A stretch of 64,000 nucleotides of DNA from an uncultured Duncaniella sp. (lineage in GTDB: Bacteria > Bacteroidota > Bacteroidia > Bacteroidales > Muribaculaceae), in assembly GCA_910577335.1 (NCBI GenBank), contig CAJTMJ010000016.1:15842-79841 (forward strand), read 5' to 3'. The notes under the pieces are model-generated. The model saw only the letters and a list, made by a program, of their open reading frames with translations. It made no database searches and was not told the DNA's origin. Position numbers and translations under genes: made by a program. Below are positions 29,901 to 38,026 of this stretch, in pieces (position 1 is the first letter of the stretch; every line of letters starts with the position of its first letter).

Positions 29901-30085
29901 GTAAATTCAGCGTAGAGTCTCTTCGCGTTTACTGCAACATTCAGAATTTGCACACATTCACCAAATATAAGGGTTATGACCCTGAAATCGGTGCTTATAA
30001 CCAGAACGTGCTTCTTAGAGGCGTTGACTATGCCCGCTATCCTTCACAGCGTATGTTCACTTTCGGTCTGAATGTTAGTCTTTAA
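26906..30085 (+). CDS. SusC/RagA-family TonB-dependent outer-membrane transporter
   Basis: 1059-aa ORF. It has an N-terminal carboxypeptidase-regulatory-like domain (ITVSGTVTSE..GEPLIGVSVLVKGT), a plug (VVVIGYGTMKRSDITGSV) and a C-terminal barrel. A SusD gene follows directly. Confidence 0.95.
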   Translation: MSKLFSRKQLFLRFSEAVMIISLLLLPALSLSAATGPKITVSGTVTSESDGEPLIGVSVLVKGTNEGVATDIDGHFSLKASKGDVLIFSYIGYMTTEVKIENSVVNVALKDDMLKLDDVVVIGYGTMKRSDITGSVVSVGADDIKKTVVTSVDQALQGRAAGVQVTQNSGSPGGGISVAIRGTNSLNGNEPLYVIDGVAVDGKSSDGKTSALSTVNPSDIVSMEVLKDASATAIYGSRASNGVVLITTRRGQAGMTRVTYEGYYALQQIPERLKTMNLRQYAQLYNERVEVLGWGERPEFADPSILGDGTDWQKEIFNDAGMWNHQVTISGGSEATQFLISGSYTDQDGIAVGSGFERFTARINVDTKVADWLQVGAQSSLSRTKRNNTIDDNNVILTALRQLPEVPAKNPDGSWGYQENNQLGIYYTNPLADALTRENYNKGLQALINAYATITFMPGLTARIEYGGSFDRGNSYYFQPEMKLGQFKQTSKSERSASNSRYTSFKQYVTFMRDFGRHSVNVMAGHESQESKWENLSAARTGYLFNNIHAINVGDLKTATNGSGSGTFAIESYYGRLNYNFDNRYLITATLRADGSSAFGKDNRWGWFPSAAIAWRLKNEAFLKDVIWLSDAKFRLGWGIVGNQNAGNYAYGATMATVATPWGTGFYPGKFANSKLKWEETHSYNVGLDLTLFNNRIEFIFDAYLKNTDNLLMQAALPAYISGAIQSPWVNTGEMRNKGFEFTLNTVNISNRDFSWTSGLTFSLNRNKVLDLYTESTGIQGKIGNDVFTYTTVGNPVAQFYGYKVIGMFEKESDFYMKDANGDFILDSTGNPRFVAIPENKEIAEGTGVWYGDYIYEDINGDGVIDEKDRTYIGNPEPKFTFGFNNTITWKGLDFNLFLTGSVGNDGYNYLLQEQSDPANRWSTLASVCDYAKLALIDPEGGRTLQNMYVSNPGATTYRIDQSASNQNSRTSNVYVEDASYLRIKNLSVGYTLPASFTRKFSVESLRVYCNIQNLHTFTKYKGYDPEIGAYNQNVLLRGVDYARYPSQRMFTFGLNVSL

Positions 30086-30102
30086 CCAATTGAATTTAAA
30101 AC

Positions 30103-31764
30103 ATGAAAATTAATAAATATATAATCGGATTGGCAGTGTTGCTCGGAGCCACATCGTGCGGTGACGATTTCCTTAACAGGGTTCCTGACAACGAATTCGT
30201 GGACGAGAACTTCTACGCTTCTGATGCTGCCGTTGCTGCCGGCACCGCACCTCTCTACAATAGAGCTTGGTTTGACTATCATTCACGTTCGATAGTCCTG
30301 CTCGGCAGTTTGCGTTCAAATGACGTTTATTCTCCCTATAACAATCCTCAGTTCACTCTCTTCACTGTGGACGCCCTTAACAGCAACCTCGCAAACGCAT
30401 GGCAGGGTCTGTTCTCCGTGGTGACCATCGCTAACTCCACCATTGAGAACATAAACACCAAATGTCTCCCTGAAGTCACTGAACGTGCCAAGGAAATAGC
30501 TATCGCTGAAGCCCGCTTGATGAGAGCATGTGCTTATTACTATGCGCTTCATATCTGGGGACCGGTTATCCTTTTCGAAGATAATCAGGATATCGTTGAC
30601 AATCCCGTGCGTCCGAGAAACTATGAGGAGGATGTCTTCAAGTTTATCATTCGTGACCTCGAATTTGCAGCTGAAAAACTCCCTGTGACACCTGCCACTA
30701 CCGGCCGTGCCACCTGCTGGAGTGCCAAGGCTATGTTGGCTAAGACTTATCTCAGCCGTGCCGGATGGGATAAGACTGAGAGAAATCAGGCTGACCTTGA
30801 CAAATGTAAGGAAGCTTGTCTTGATGTGATCAATAACAGCGGCTCGGAGCTGATGGCTGATTATCACGACCTGTTCAAGTATCGTCACAATAACAACATC
30901 GAGTCACTGTTGCAGATGCAATGGTATGCTTCTTCTGAAAGTGTTTGGTATGCTTGTAACACTCTTCTCCCTGACTTGTGCGGCGATTCCAAGATGATTG
31001 GCGGTGTGGCTGCATGGAGTGCCTATAACCCAGGTGCAGATATGCTTATGCAATACCGTTACAAAGCTAATAACGGTAACTATAAGTGGGAAACCATACG
31101 CCGTGACGCTACTTTTACCACTCCCGGTGTCCACTACAACTATATTTGTATAGCTGACGGCGGGTACACATACGAAGGCAAGACATCAATTGTGAAGAAA
31201 GGCGTTGTCGGTGGTCCCGATGATGACAATGACGGATATGTGTCAAGTATGAACTCTCCGCTTAACACCTATATCGTCCGTCTCGCTGACATCTACCTTA
31301 CTTATACTGACGCATGTCTCGGTAATAAAAACTCTATCTCCGGTGACGAAATCAAATACTTCAACGCCGTGCGCCGTCGTGCCGGAATTGATGAAGCTAC
31401 TTCTGTCACTCTCGATGATTTGATCCGTGAGCATCGTGTGGAATTCTCAATGGAATATCAGAACTGGTATTACCTGATCGACATCTACAAATGGAAACCT
31501 GAAAAGATGTTGCAATATTTCAACAGCCAGTATAGAGGTTATACATGGGATGAAATTGCCGTAGGAAAGAATCAGGAACTCTCCTTCGTATCAAGTGGCG
31601 AGGACTGGAAAACTTATGAAGAAACCGAATTTGGTCCCCTCATCGTGCCGTCAGTCAAAGCTAATATCAATGCGGGCAACATATTCCTCCCTTATCCTGA
31701 AACTGACGTGATTCAGAATCCGCTTCTTAAGGCTGAGCCCGAACATTATAAATTTAACGATTAA
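30103..31764 (+). CDS. SusD/RagB-family nutrient-binding lipoprotein
   Basis: 553-aa ORF with a lipoprotein signal (LLGATSCGDDFL). The position directly after SusC and the TPR-like helical N-terminal pattern fit a SusD homolog. Confidence 0.95.
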   Translation: MKINKYIIGLAVLLGATSCGDDFLNRVPDNEFVDENFYASDAAVAAGTAPLYNRAWFDYHSRSIVLLGSLRSNDVYSPYNNPQFTLFTVDALNSNLANAWQGLFSVVTIANSTIENINTKCLPEVTERAKEIAIAEARLMRACAYYYALHIWGPVILFEDNQDIVDNPVRPRNYEEDVFKFIIRDLEFAAEKLPVTPATTGRATCWSAKAMLAKTYLSRAGWDKTERNQADLDKCKEACLDVINNSGSELMADYHDLFKYRHNNNIESLLQMQWYASSESVWYACNTLLPDLCGDSKMIGGVAAWSAYNPGADMLMQYRYKANNGNYKWETIRRDATFTTPGVHYNYICIADGGYTYEGKTSIVKKGVVGGPDDDNDGYVSSMNSPLNTYIVRLADIYLTYTDACLGNKNSISGDEIKYFNAVRRRAGIDEATSVTLDDLIREHRVEFSMEYQNWYYLIDIYKWKPEKMLQYFNSQYRGYTWDEIAVGKNQELSFVSSGEDWKTYEETEFGPLIVPSVKANINAGNIFLPYPETDVIQNPLLKAEPEHYKFND

Positions 31765-31775
31765 TTCACCGTATC

Positions 31776-33269
31776 ATGAACAGACTTTATATATTGCTGG
31801 CAGCGTTGCTTGCCAATATTGCGCTTCTTTCGTTAGCGTCATGTTCCGACGATGATAACGGCGGCGGTCAGCCGGTGATCGACTGTGTGCGCACAACTGA
31901 TCCGGAGCTTGCTGACTCCACCTTTACCGATGCCATGGTGGGACAGTTGATACTTATACAGGGTTCAAACCTGCATAATGCAGTGCATGTGTATATCAAC
32001 GATCAGGATGTTTACTTCAACAGTAACTATAACACTTCAACTCACCTTATCGTCACTATCCCTCAGGACCTCGTGGTGCGCGGTATGGATGAATCTCTTC
32101 CGCTTGAGATCAGAGTGGAGACTACTCATGGTACTGCCACTTACGCTTTCCATGTGATAGCCGGGTATCCCGAACTTGAACTTTATAAGGCTCAGCTCAC
32201 TGTCAACGATCAGGGTGTGGCTGAGATGGTTCCCGGTCAGGAGGTGACTCTTGTTGGTTCCACTTTGCATGAGGTTGAACATATCTTTGTTACCGACCTT
32301 GACACAGTGCCTTTGTTTGAGATAACCGAATTTTCGGTTAACACCGACCGTACCGAGATAAAATTGAGAATGCCTGCCAATGAAATTCCCGACAAGGGTA
32401 TCTATATGGTGCAGTGCTATGCCGGCGATGCTTACTGCGGCTTCTCAAGATCTCCCCAGAAACCGATTCTGACCGACATCTCTACTGATATGCCTATACC
32501 GGGTCAGCGTGTTGAGATATATGGTAAATATCTTACCGACCTTACCACATTGAATATCGGTGGTGAGATCAACATCGATGTGAACACAGTTGAGACAAAT
32601 GAAAACATGGATAAACTTGTGTTCACAATGCCTGACCAGTTGCCTTCAAACAGCTCTAACGGTTTGATTACAGTGGCTACGCTTGGCGGTCGTGCTTCTC
32701 TCCAGTTTTACAATTATAGCCGTGTTTATGAGGACTTCGATGGTCATGGTACTTCTATGGCATACGGTTGGGGTACTAACCACTTCTGTAGCTATCCTAA
32801 TTGGGGATGGGCTGCCGTTCCGGAAACATGTCCTATTAAGAAGTCTGCCGGATACTTCATCTACTTCGAAGGCTTCACTTGCTGGTGGGACCATAACCTT
32901 ACCATTAACTCTAAAGCCACACCCACAGGTATTGATGCTTCAACACCGTTGAGCGACATCGAACTCCGCTATGAAGTTTATATGCACGAACAGTTTACTG
33001 TCGCTGAGACTATGACTTCAACCATCACTGTGTTTGGTAAGGAGAAAGCAGGAATCGCTATCGCTGACCGTGTGACAGGCAAGCTGATGCCCGGTGAATG
33101 GATGTCAGTGGCTATACCTATGTCAGAGATAGCACCCGGTGTAGCAACTTACGGTGATCTGTGCGCTTCCGATCCCGGTGGTGACAACTTCAAGATTTTC
33201 CTTGGATATAACAATACCGGTGATAATGTGATTATCGCATACGACAACTTCCGCTTATATGTTAAATAA
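31776..33269 (+). CDS. IPT/TIG-domain surface lipoprotein (putative surface glycan-binding protein, SusE/F-position)
   Basis: 497-aa ORF with a lipobox (LLSLASCSDD). Repeated IPT/TIG-like segments are visible (GQLILIQGSNL..., GQEVTLVGSTL..., GQRVEIYGKYL...). It sits directly after SusD. Confidence 0.6.
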   Translation: MNRLYILLAALLANIALLSLASCSDDDNGGGQPVIDCVRTTDPELADSTFTDAMVGQLILIQGSNLHNAVHVYINDQDVYFNSNYNTSTHLIVTIPQDLVVRGMDESLPLEIRVETTHGTATYAFHVIAGYPELELYKAQLTVNDQGVAEMVPGQEVTLVGSTLHEVEHIFVTDLDTVPLFEITEFSVNTDRTEIKLRMPANEIPDKGIYMVQCYAGDAYCGFSRSPQKPILTDISTDMPIPGQRVEIYGKYLTDLTTLNIGGEINIDVNTVETNENMDKLVFTMPDQLPSNSSNGLITVATLGGRASLQFYNYSRVYEDFDGHGTSMAYGWGTNHFCSYPNWGWAAVPETCPIKKSAGYFIYFEGFTCWWDHNLTINSKATPTGIDASTPLSDIELRYEVYMHEQFTVAETMTSTITVFGKEKAGIAIADRVTGKLMPGEWMSVAIPMSEIAPGVATYGDLCASDPGGDNFKIFLGYNNTGDNVIIAYDNFRLYVK

Positions 33270-33281
33270 CAGTAAAGGAAT

Positions 33282-34745
33282 ATGAAACATCAATTTAAAT
33301 ACATATCAAAGCTCATGTTCTTGGTGAGCCTGTTGCTCCCCTCTGTCGGAATTGTGTCTTGTTCCGATGACCATGATAAATTCGTGCCGGAAGGACCCGT
33401 AGAACTTTCTGTGACTCGTGACGGCGCTAATGTGGATGCTTTGGATTTCGGCACTTACGGTGGTAGTGTGTTGGTCACTCTTAAGACCAATGCATACTGG
33501 GATATTACAGTGCCGGAAGGAGCTGATTGGCTTGTGCTTTCAAATCGTTCAGGCGATCCTACACAGGGTATGCCCGAAAAAACTGACGAGCCTCGTTATA
33601 TCAAGCTTACAGCTCAACCTCTCGGAAAAGATGATGCTACTCGCACTTGTCAAGTGACATTCCGTGCGGCAGATGTTGTGAAGACTATCACTGTTACTCA
33701 AAAACAACCTTCGGCTGCCGATGAGTCAGGCTGGGAATCAGCATACGTTGCCAACCGTAATATGGCTGTGGGTATCAACCTCTATAATACCCTTGATGCT
33801 GTAGGCGATTGGTTTGATCCGGATGATATCGTGGCTTGCGAGACTTGCTGGGGTCAGCCTCTTGCTACTCAGGAGTGGTTTGATGCTGTTGCCGCTGCCG
33901 GTTTCAAAGGTGTGCGTGTCCCTGTGACTTGGTGGTTGCACATGGATGAAAACTGGGTGGTGAAAGAACCTTGGATAAACCGTGTGGAAGAAGTAGTTAA
34001 CTATGCACTCAATGCCGGTCTATATTGTATACTCAATGTGCATCATGACACCGGTCAGGATGGCTGGCTCTGTGCTGATTTGGCAAATATCGATCCTATA
34101 TCAAAGAAATTTGAAAGTCTTTGGACTCAGATTGCCAATCGTTTTAACAAGTATGGCGAAAAACTGCTGTTCGAGGGTTATAACGAGATGCTTGATGGCG
34201 CAAACTCTTGGGTTGAGCCTGTAGCAGGCGGTTATGAGGCAGTAAATATCCTTGCTCAGAAGTTTGTCGATACTGTACGCGCCACAGGTGGAAACAATGC
34301 TCACCGTAACCTTATCGTAAATACTTACGGTGGAGGTGGAAGTCAGACACGTTTCGACAATTTCGTGATTCCGAATGATAAGATTGGTGGTCACCTTCTT
34401 GTGCAGGTTCATAATTATAGCCCGTCGGCATTCTCTAACCTTAACGGTGAGATTGATGATGACAAGCTTCCTGTTTGGACACCTGAATTCGAAAACATAC
34501 TTGCCAAGGAACTGGATGTTATGATTGAATTCTCCAATAAATACAGCATACCTGTCGTAATCGGCGAATGTGCCGCATACGAAAAGATTGCTGATGAGGA
34601 AAAAGCTAAATATGGCGAATTCATCACTACTTATTCCAAGGGTAAAGCAGATGTTAGTGTGTTCTATTGGGGCAACATGATTGACCGTACAACTTATAAA
34701 ACCATGTATCCTCTTCTTGTGAAAGGATTCCTGAAAGGCGCTTAA
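33282..34745 (+). CDS. BACON-domain glycoside hydrolase family 5 endo-glycanase (lipoprotein)
   Basis: 487-aa ORF with a lipobox (GIVSCSDD) and an N-terminal BACON-like module (TLKTNAYWDITVPEGADWLVLS). GH5 motifs are VRVPVTW, NVHHD, EGYNEM (acid/base) and VVIGECAAY (nucleophile). Confidence 0.85.
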   Translation: MKHQFKYISKLMFLVSLLLPSVGIVSCSDDHDKFVPEGPVELSVTRDGANVDALDFGTYGGSVLVTLKTNAYWDITVPEGADWLVLSNRSGDPTQGMPEKTDEPRYIKLTAQPLGKDDATRTCQVTFRAADVVKTITVTQKQPSAADESGWESAYVANRNMAVGINLYNTLDAVGDWFDPDDIVACETCWGQPLATQEWFDAVAAAGFKGVRVPVTWWLHMDENWVVKEPWINRVEEVVNYALNAGLYCILNVHHDTGQDGWLCADLANIDPISKKFESLWTQIANRFNKYGEKLLFEGYNEMLDGANSWVEPVAGGYEAVNILAQKFVDTVRATGGNNAHRNLIVNTYGGGGSQTRFDNFVIPNDKIGGHLLVQVHNYSPSAFSNLNGEIDDDKLPVWTPEFENILAKELDVMIEFSNKYSIPVVIGECAAYEKIADEEKAKYGEFITTYSKGKADVSVFYWGNMIDRTTYKTMYPLLVKGFLKGA

Positions 34746-34766
34746 TAAGTTAGATAATTAATTGTG

Positions 34767-34804
34767 AAAATCCTCTGCGGTAAATCAATGCCGCAGAGGA
34801 TTTT
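34767..34804. terminator. Bidirectional intrinsic terminator ending the PUL operon
   Basis: Perfect 14-bp stem: aaaatcctctgcgg (34767-34780) pairs with ccgcagaggatttt (34791-34804), with a 10-nt loop. T-runs flank it on both strands. Confidence 0.75.
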
Positions 34805-34853
34805 CATTTTATTATTTTACAAATGGCTGTTTTAATCAGCCGGGTTAATCTCC

Positions 34854-35354
34854 TTAGAAAAGTGGGAGGGTGGAGTCGGAATAGACAAATTTGGTGTCAA
34901 ATTCCTGTTGTGACATGGTGAGTATCAGAACGCCTTGCACTATCATTAATATCTCCCAAAGTCCGCATGTGATAAGTGTTAATACTATTGTTAGAATACC
35001 GGCTCCGATTTTTCCGAGATAAAAATATTGCACGCCAAGACCACCGAGCAGAATGGCTAATATGCCCGCTGCGGTTTTATCTTTGCCTGACTGAGATACG
35101 TAGTAATTGTTTCCGGGTTGACCGTAGAATTGCTGTTGGTATCCGTAGCCTCCGGCATTGGCATGGGGTGGAGGTGGAGTTTGGGTGTTGCAGAAAAGGT
35201 CGCTGAATTCCGGTACTTGTGCCGCAGGCATCCATTGGCTCATTCCGTCACGCCATACCATAGTGGCAGGTGTCAAACTCATATTTCGGACTTCTTCCAT
35301 CGTCAACGGTCCTACCTGAGAATCATTGACTAAAACGTACCAGTATTGTTGCAT
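34854..35354 (-). CDS. GYF_2 (DUF4339) plus TM2 domain membrane protein
   Basis: 166-aa ORF. It has an N-terminal YWYVLVNDSQVGPLTMEEV GYF-like motif, a Pro/Gly/Tyr/Gln-rich linker and a C-terminal TM2-type pair of helices (LGGLGVQYFYLGK). Confidence 0.7.
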   Translation of the reverse strand: MQQYWYVLVNDSQVGPLTMEEVRNMSLTPATMVWRDGMSQWMPAAQVPEFSDLFCNTQTPPPPHANAGGYGYQQQFYGQPGNNYYVSQSGKDKTAAGILAILLGGLGVQYFYLGKIGAGILTIVLTLITCGLWEILMIVQGVLILTMSQQEFDTKFVYSDSTLPLF

Positions 35355-35413
35355 AGTGTTGGTATTGGGTGAGAGATTTATGAAATGTTTATCTGATGGT
35401 TACATATCTGTTG

Positions 35414-36718
35414 TCATCTGGTCATAAGAAACGATTTGAAGTCGGCAAATTCCGTCGTCATGGGCACTGACTGCTTTTCACCTTTCATAAATGCCGCAAG
35501 ACGGTCAGGAATAGTGACCTCGGCACCAATTATCGGCTCCACAGTATCTTTGAATTTGGCAGGATGTGCCGTTTCAAGGAACACTCCGGTTTCGCCGGGC
35601 CGTAGCCCCTCTTTTAATGCCCTGTAGCCGCAAGCCCCGTGCGGGTCAAGTGTGTAGCCTGTGGTGTCATGACATTCTTTCATTGTCTCGGCAATCTGTT
35701 CGTCGGTGTATGTGGCTCCGCTGATAAGTGAAGTGATGCGACCGTGATCACAGCCATAAAGGTCAAGGATACGTGCGAAGTTGCTCGGGTCGCCGACATC
35801 CATCGCATTGGCTATAGTCTGACGGCTTGGTTTGGGAGAGTATACACCGGTCATCAGGTAATTATAGAATATATCGTTAGCATTGTTGGCTGCAATGAAT
35901 CGTTTTATAGGCAGTCCCATGCGGTGAGCGAAAAGTCCGGCTGTGATGTTTCCGAAATTTCCACTTGGAACGCTGATTACGAGCTGGTCGGCAAGCCCTT
36001 TTTCCTTCATGCGGGCGTAAGCGTTGAAATAATAGAATGCCTGAGGGAGGAAGCGAGCCACATTTATGGAATTGGCTGAGGTAAGCTTTATATGGTCGCA
36101 AAGCTCTGCATCCATGAAGGCTGATTTTACAAGGCTTTGGCAATCATCGAACACGCCGTCAACCTCAATGGCTGTTATATTCTTGCCAAGTGTGGTGAAC
36201 TGACATTCCTGAATCGGGCTGACTTTCCCTTTTGGGTAGAGCACATATACATGAATCCCTTCCACGCCAAGAAAACCGTTGGCGACAGCAGAGCCGGTGT
36301 CACCGCTTGTGGCAACAAGCACATTGACCTCTTTGCCGTCATTTTGACGCTTGATGAAATATTGTAGCAGACGTGCCATAAAGCGTGCGCCTACATCTTT
36401 GAACGCAAGCGTGGGACCATGGAAAAGTTCGAGGGAATAAATCGACGGTTCAACCTCCACTACCGGGCAGTCAAATGCCAGTGTGTCACATACGATACGG
36501 TCAATATCCTCTTTGGGTATATCCTCGCCGAAGAAAGCTTCCGCAACACGGCAAGCTATCTCTTGGAAGGTGAATTTATCAATGTTTTCAAAAAATTCAT
36601 CAGGCAGACGGTCGATATGCTCAGGCATGAAAAGTCCCCTGTCTGAGGCAAGTCCTTTCACTACGGCTTCTTCAAGCGAAGCGGCGGGAGCGTGATGATT
36701 TGTGCTGTAATATTTCAT
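35414..36718 (-). CDS. thrC: Threonine synthase
   Basis: 434-aa ORF with a PLP-lysine region (HGPTLAFKDVGARF) and the long ThrC architecture. It is the last gene of the thrA-apgM-thrC cluster. Confidence 0.95.
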   Translation of the reverse strand: MKYYSTNHHAPAASLEEAVVKGLASDRGLFMPEHIDRLPDEFFENIDKFTFQEIACRVAEAFFGEDIPKEDIDRIVCDTLAFDCPVVEVEPSIYSLELFHGPTLAFKDVGARFMARLLQYFIKRQNDGKEVNVLVATSGDTGSAVANGFLGVEGIHVYVLYPKGKVSPIQECQFTTLGKNITAIEVDGVFDDCQSLVKSAFMDAELCDHIKLTSANSINVARFLPQAFYYFNAYARMKEKGLADQLVISVPSGNFGNITAGLFAHRMGLPIKRFIAANNANDIFYNYLMTGVYSPKPSRQTIANAMDVGDPSNFARILDLYGCDHGRITSLISGATYTDEQIAETMKECHDTTGYTLDPHGACGYRALKEGLRPGETGVFLETAHPAKFKDTVEPIIGAEVTIPDRLAAFMKGEKQSVPMTTEFADFKSFLMTR

Positions 36719-36776
36719 TGTGAGAAAATTTCTTACGATATGGGAGAAAAATGTGAGATGATTATAGATATATGGA

Positions 36777-38012
36777 TTAGAATTTCATGAACTCTTCCAT
36801 GAACTGAGATAGACGTAGCAGTCCGTATGAACCTTTGGCACAGGATGTTTCTGAGTATCTGTCTACTGAATCGGGAGTGATGCCCTTATGCCAGATGGTG
36901 AACGGCACAGGCTCGCCTACATGTATACGTTTCTCCACAGGTGTTGCGTGATCGGGGAGGAGTGCCACGCATACCGGTTCATCCCATTTCTCTATTTCAT
37001 TTATTATGGGATTCACCACTCTGTGATCAAGATACTCGATAGCTTTAGTCTTGAGATCGAGGTCTCCGTCATGTCCGGCTTCATCGGTAGCTTCTATATG
37101 GAGAAACACGAAATCATCAGTGCGCAGAGCTTCAATGGCAGCCTGAGCCTTCCCTTCATAATTCGTATTGGCAAGCCCGGTAGCCCCCGGTACTATTTTT
37201 ATATGCAATCCCGCATAATGCCCGATACCTCTTATGAGGTCCACCGCTGAGATCACAGTACCGGTTTTGATCTGGGGATAGCTTTCCTGAAGGGTCATCA
37301 TGCGAGGTCGGTAACCACCGCTCCATGGCCAGATGGAGTTGGCGGTAGGCTGCCCCTTAGCTTCCCTTTCAAGATTGAACGGGTGCTTGGCAAGGAGTTC
37401 CTGCGAGCGAATGATGAGGTTGTTGATGAGGTCGGCGGTCTCTTGTGGGGATAGACGTCCCGGTTCCTCGGCTATTTGGGGAATAGGCTTTACCAATAGC
37501 GGTTTCCACTCTTCGCCCGGATGGTCGTGGGGCGGGGCGCACTCTATATGTTTGCTTTCACCTCTGATTACAAGCAGATGTCTGTATTGTATACCGGTGA
37601 TGAATTTAACACGGTCTGAGCCGAGTTTTTCATCAAGATATTTTATCAGCAAGTCACCCTCTTCGGTGGTCAGATGTCCTCCGTGGTGGTTTTTGATCAC
37701 ACCGTCGGCGAGGGTGATTATGTTGCAGCGTATAGCCATGTCGTCAGGGCGCATCTCGTAGCCAATGCTTGCGGCTTCAAGCGGTCCTCTCCCTTCGTAG
37801 ACCTCGTTCAGGTCATATCCGAGTATGGCTGTATTGGCAACCTCGCTTCCGGGCTTGAACCCGTCAGGAATAGTTGCTAATAATCCGGAACGACCCTCAC
37901 GTGCAAGTCTATCCATCGCAGGGGTGTCGGCTGCTTCAAGCGGTGTTTTGCCGTTGAATTTGGCAATGGGGTGATCTGACATCCCGTCACCGAGAATTAT
38001 GATATGTTTCAT
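36777..38012 (-). CDS. Cofactor-independent phosphoglycerate mutase (ApgM) family protein, probable non-canonical homoserine kinase
   Basis: 411-aa ORF with the alkaline-phosphatase-superfamily/ApgM pattern (IILGDGMSD..., HIEATDEAGHDGD). It lies between thrA and thrC, and no thrB is present. Confidence 0.85.
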   Translation of the reverse strand: MKHIIILGDGMSDHPIAKFNGKTPLEAADTPAMDRLAREGRSGLLATIPDGFKPGSEVANTAILGYDLNEVYEGRGPLEAASIGYEMRPDDMAIRCNIITLADGVIKNHHGGHLTTEEGDLLIKYLDEKLGSDRVKFITGIQYRHLLVIRGESKHIECAPPHDHPGEEWKPLLVKPIPQIAEEPGRLSPQETADLINNLIIRSQELLAKHPFNLEREAKGQPTANSIWPWSGGYRPRMMTLQESYPQIKTGTVISAVDLIRGIGHYAGLHIKIVPGATGLANTNYEGKAQAAIEALRTDDFVFLHIEATDEAGHDGDLDLKTKAIEYLDHRVVNPIINEIEKWDEPVCVALLPDHATPVEKRIHVGEPVPFTIWHKGITPDSVDRYSETSCAKGSYGLLRLSQFMEEFMKF

Positions 38013-38026
38013 AAACTCACCCTGCG

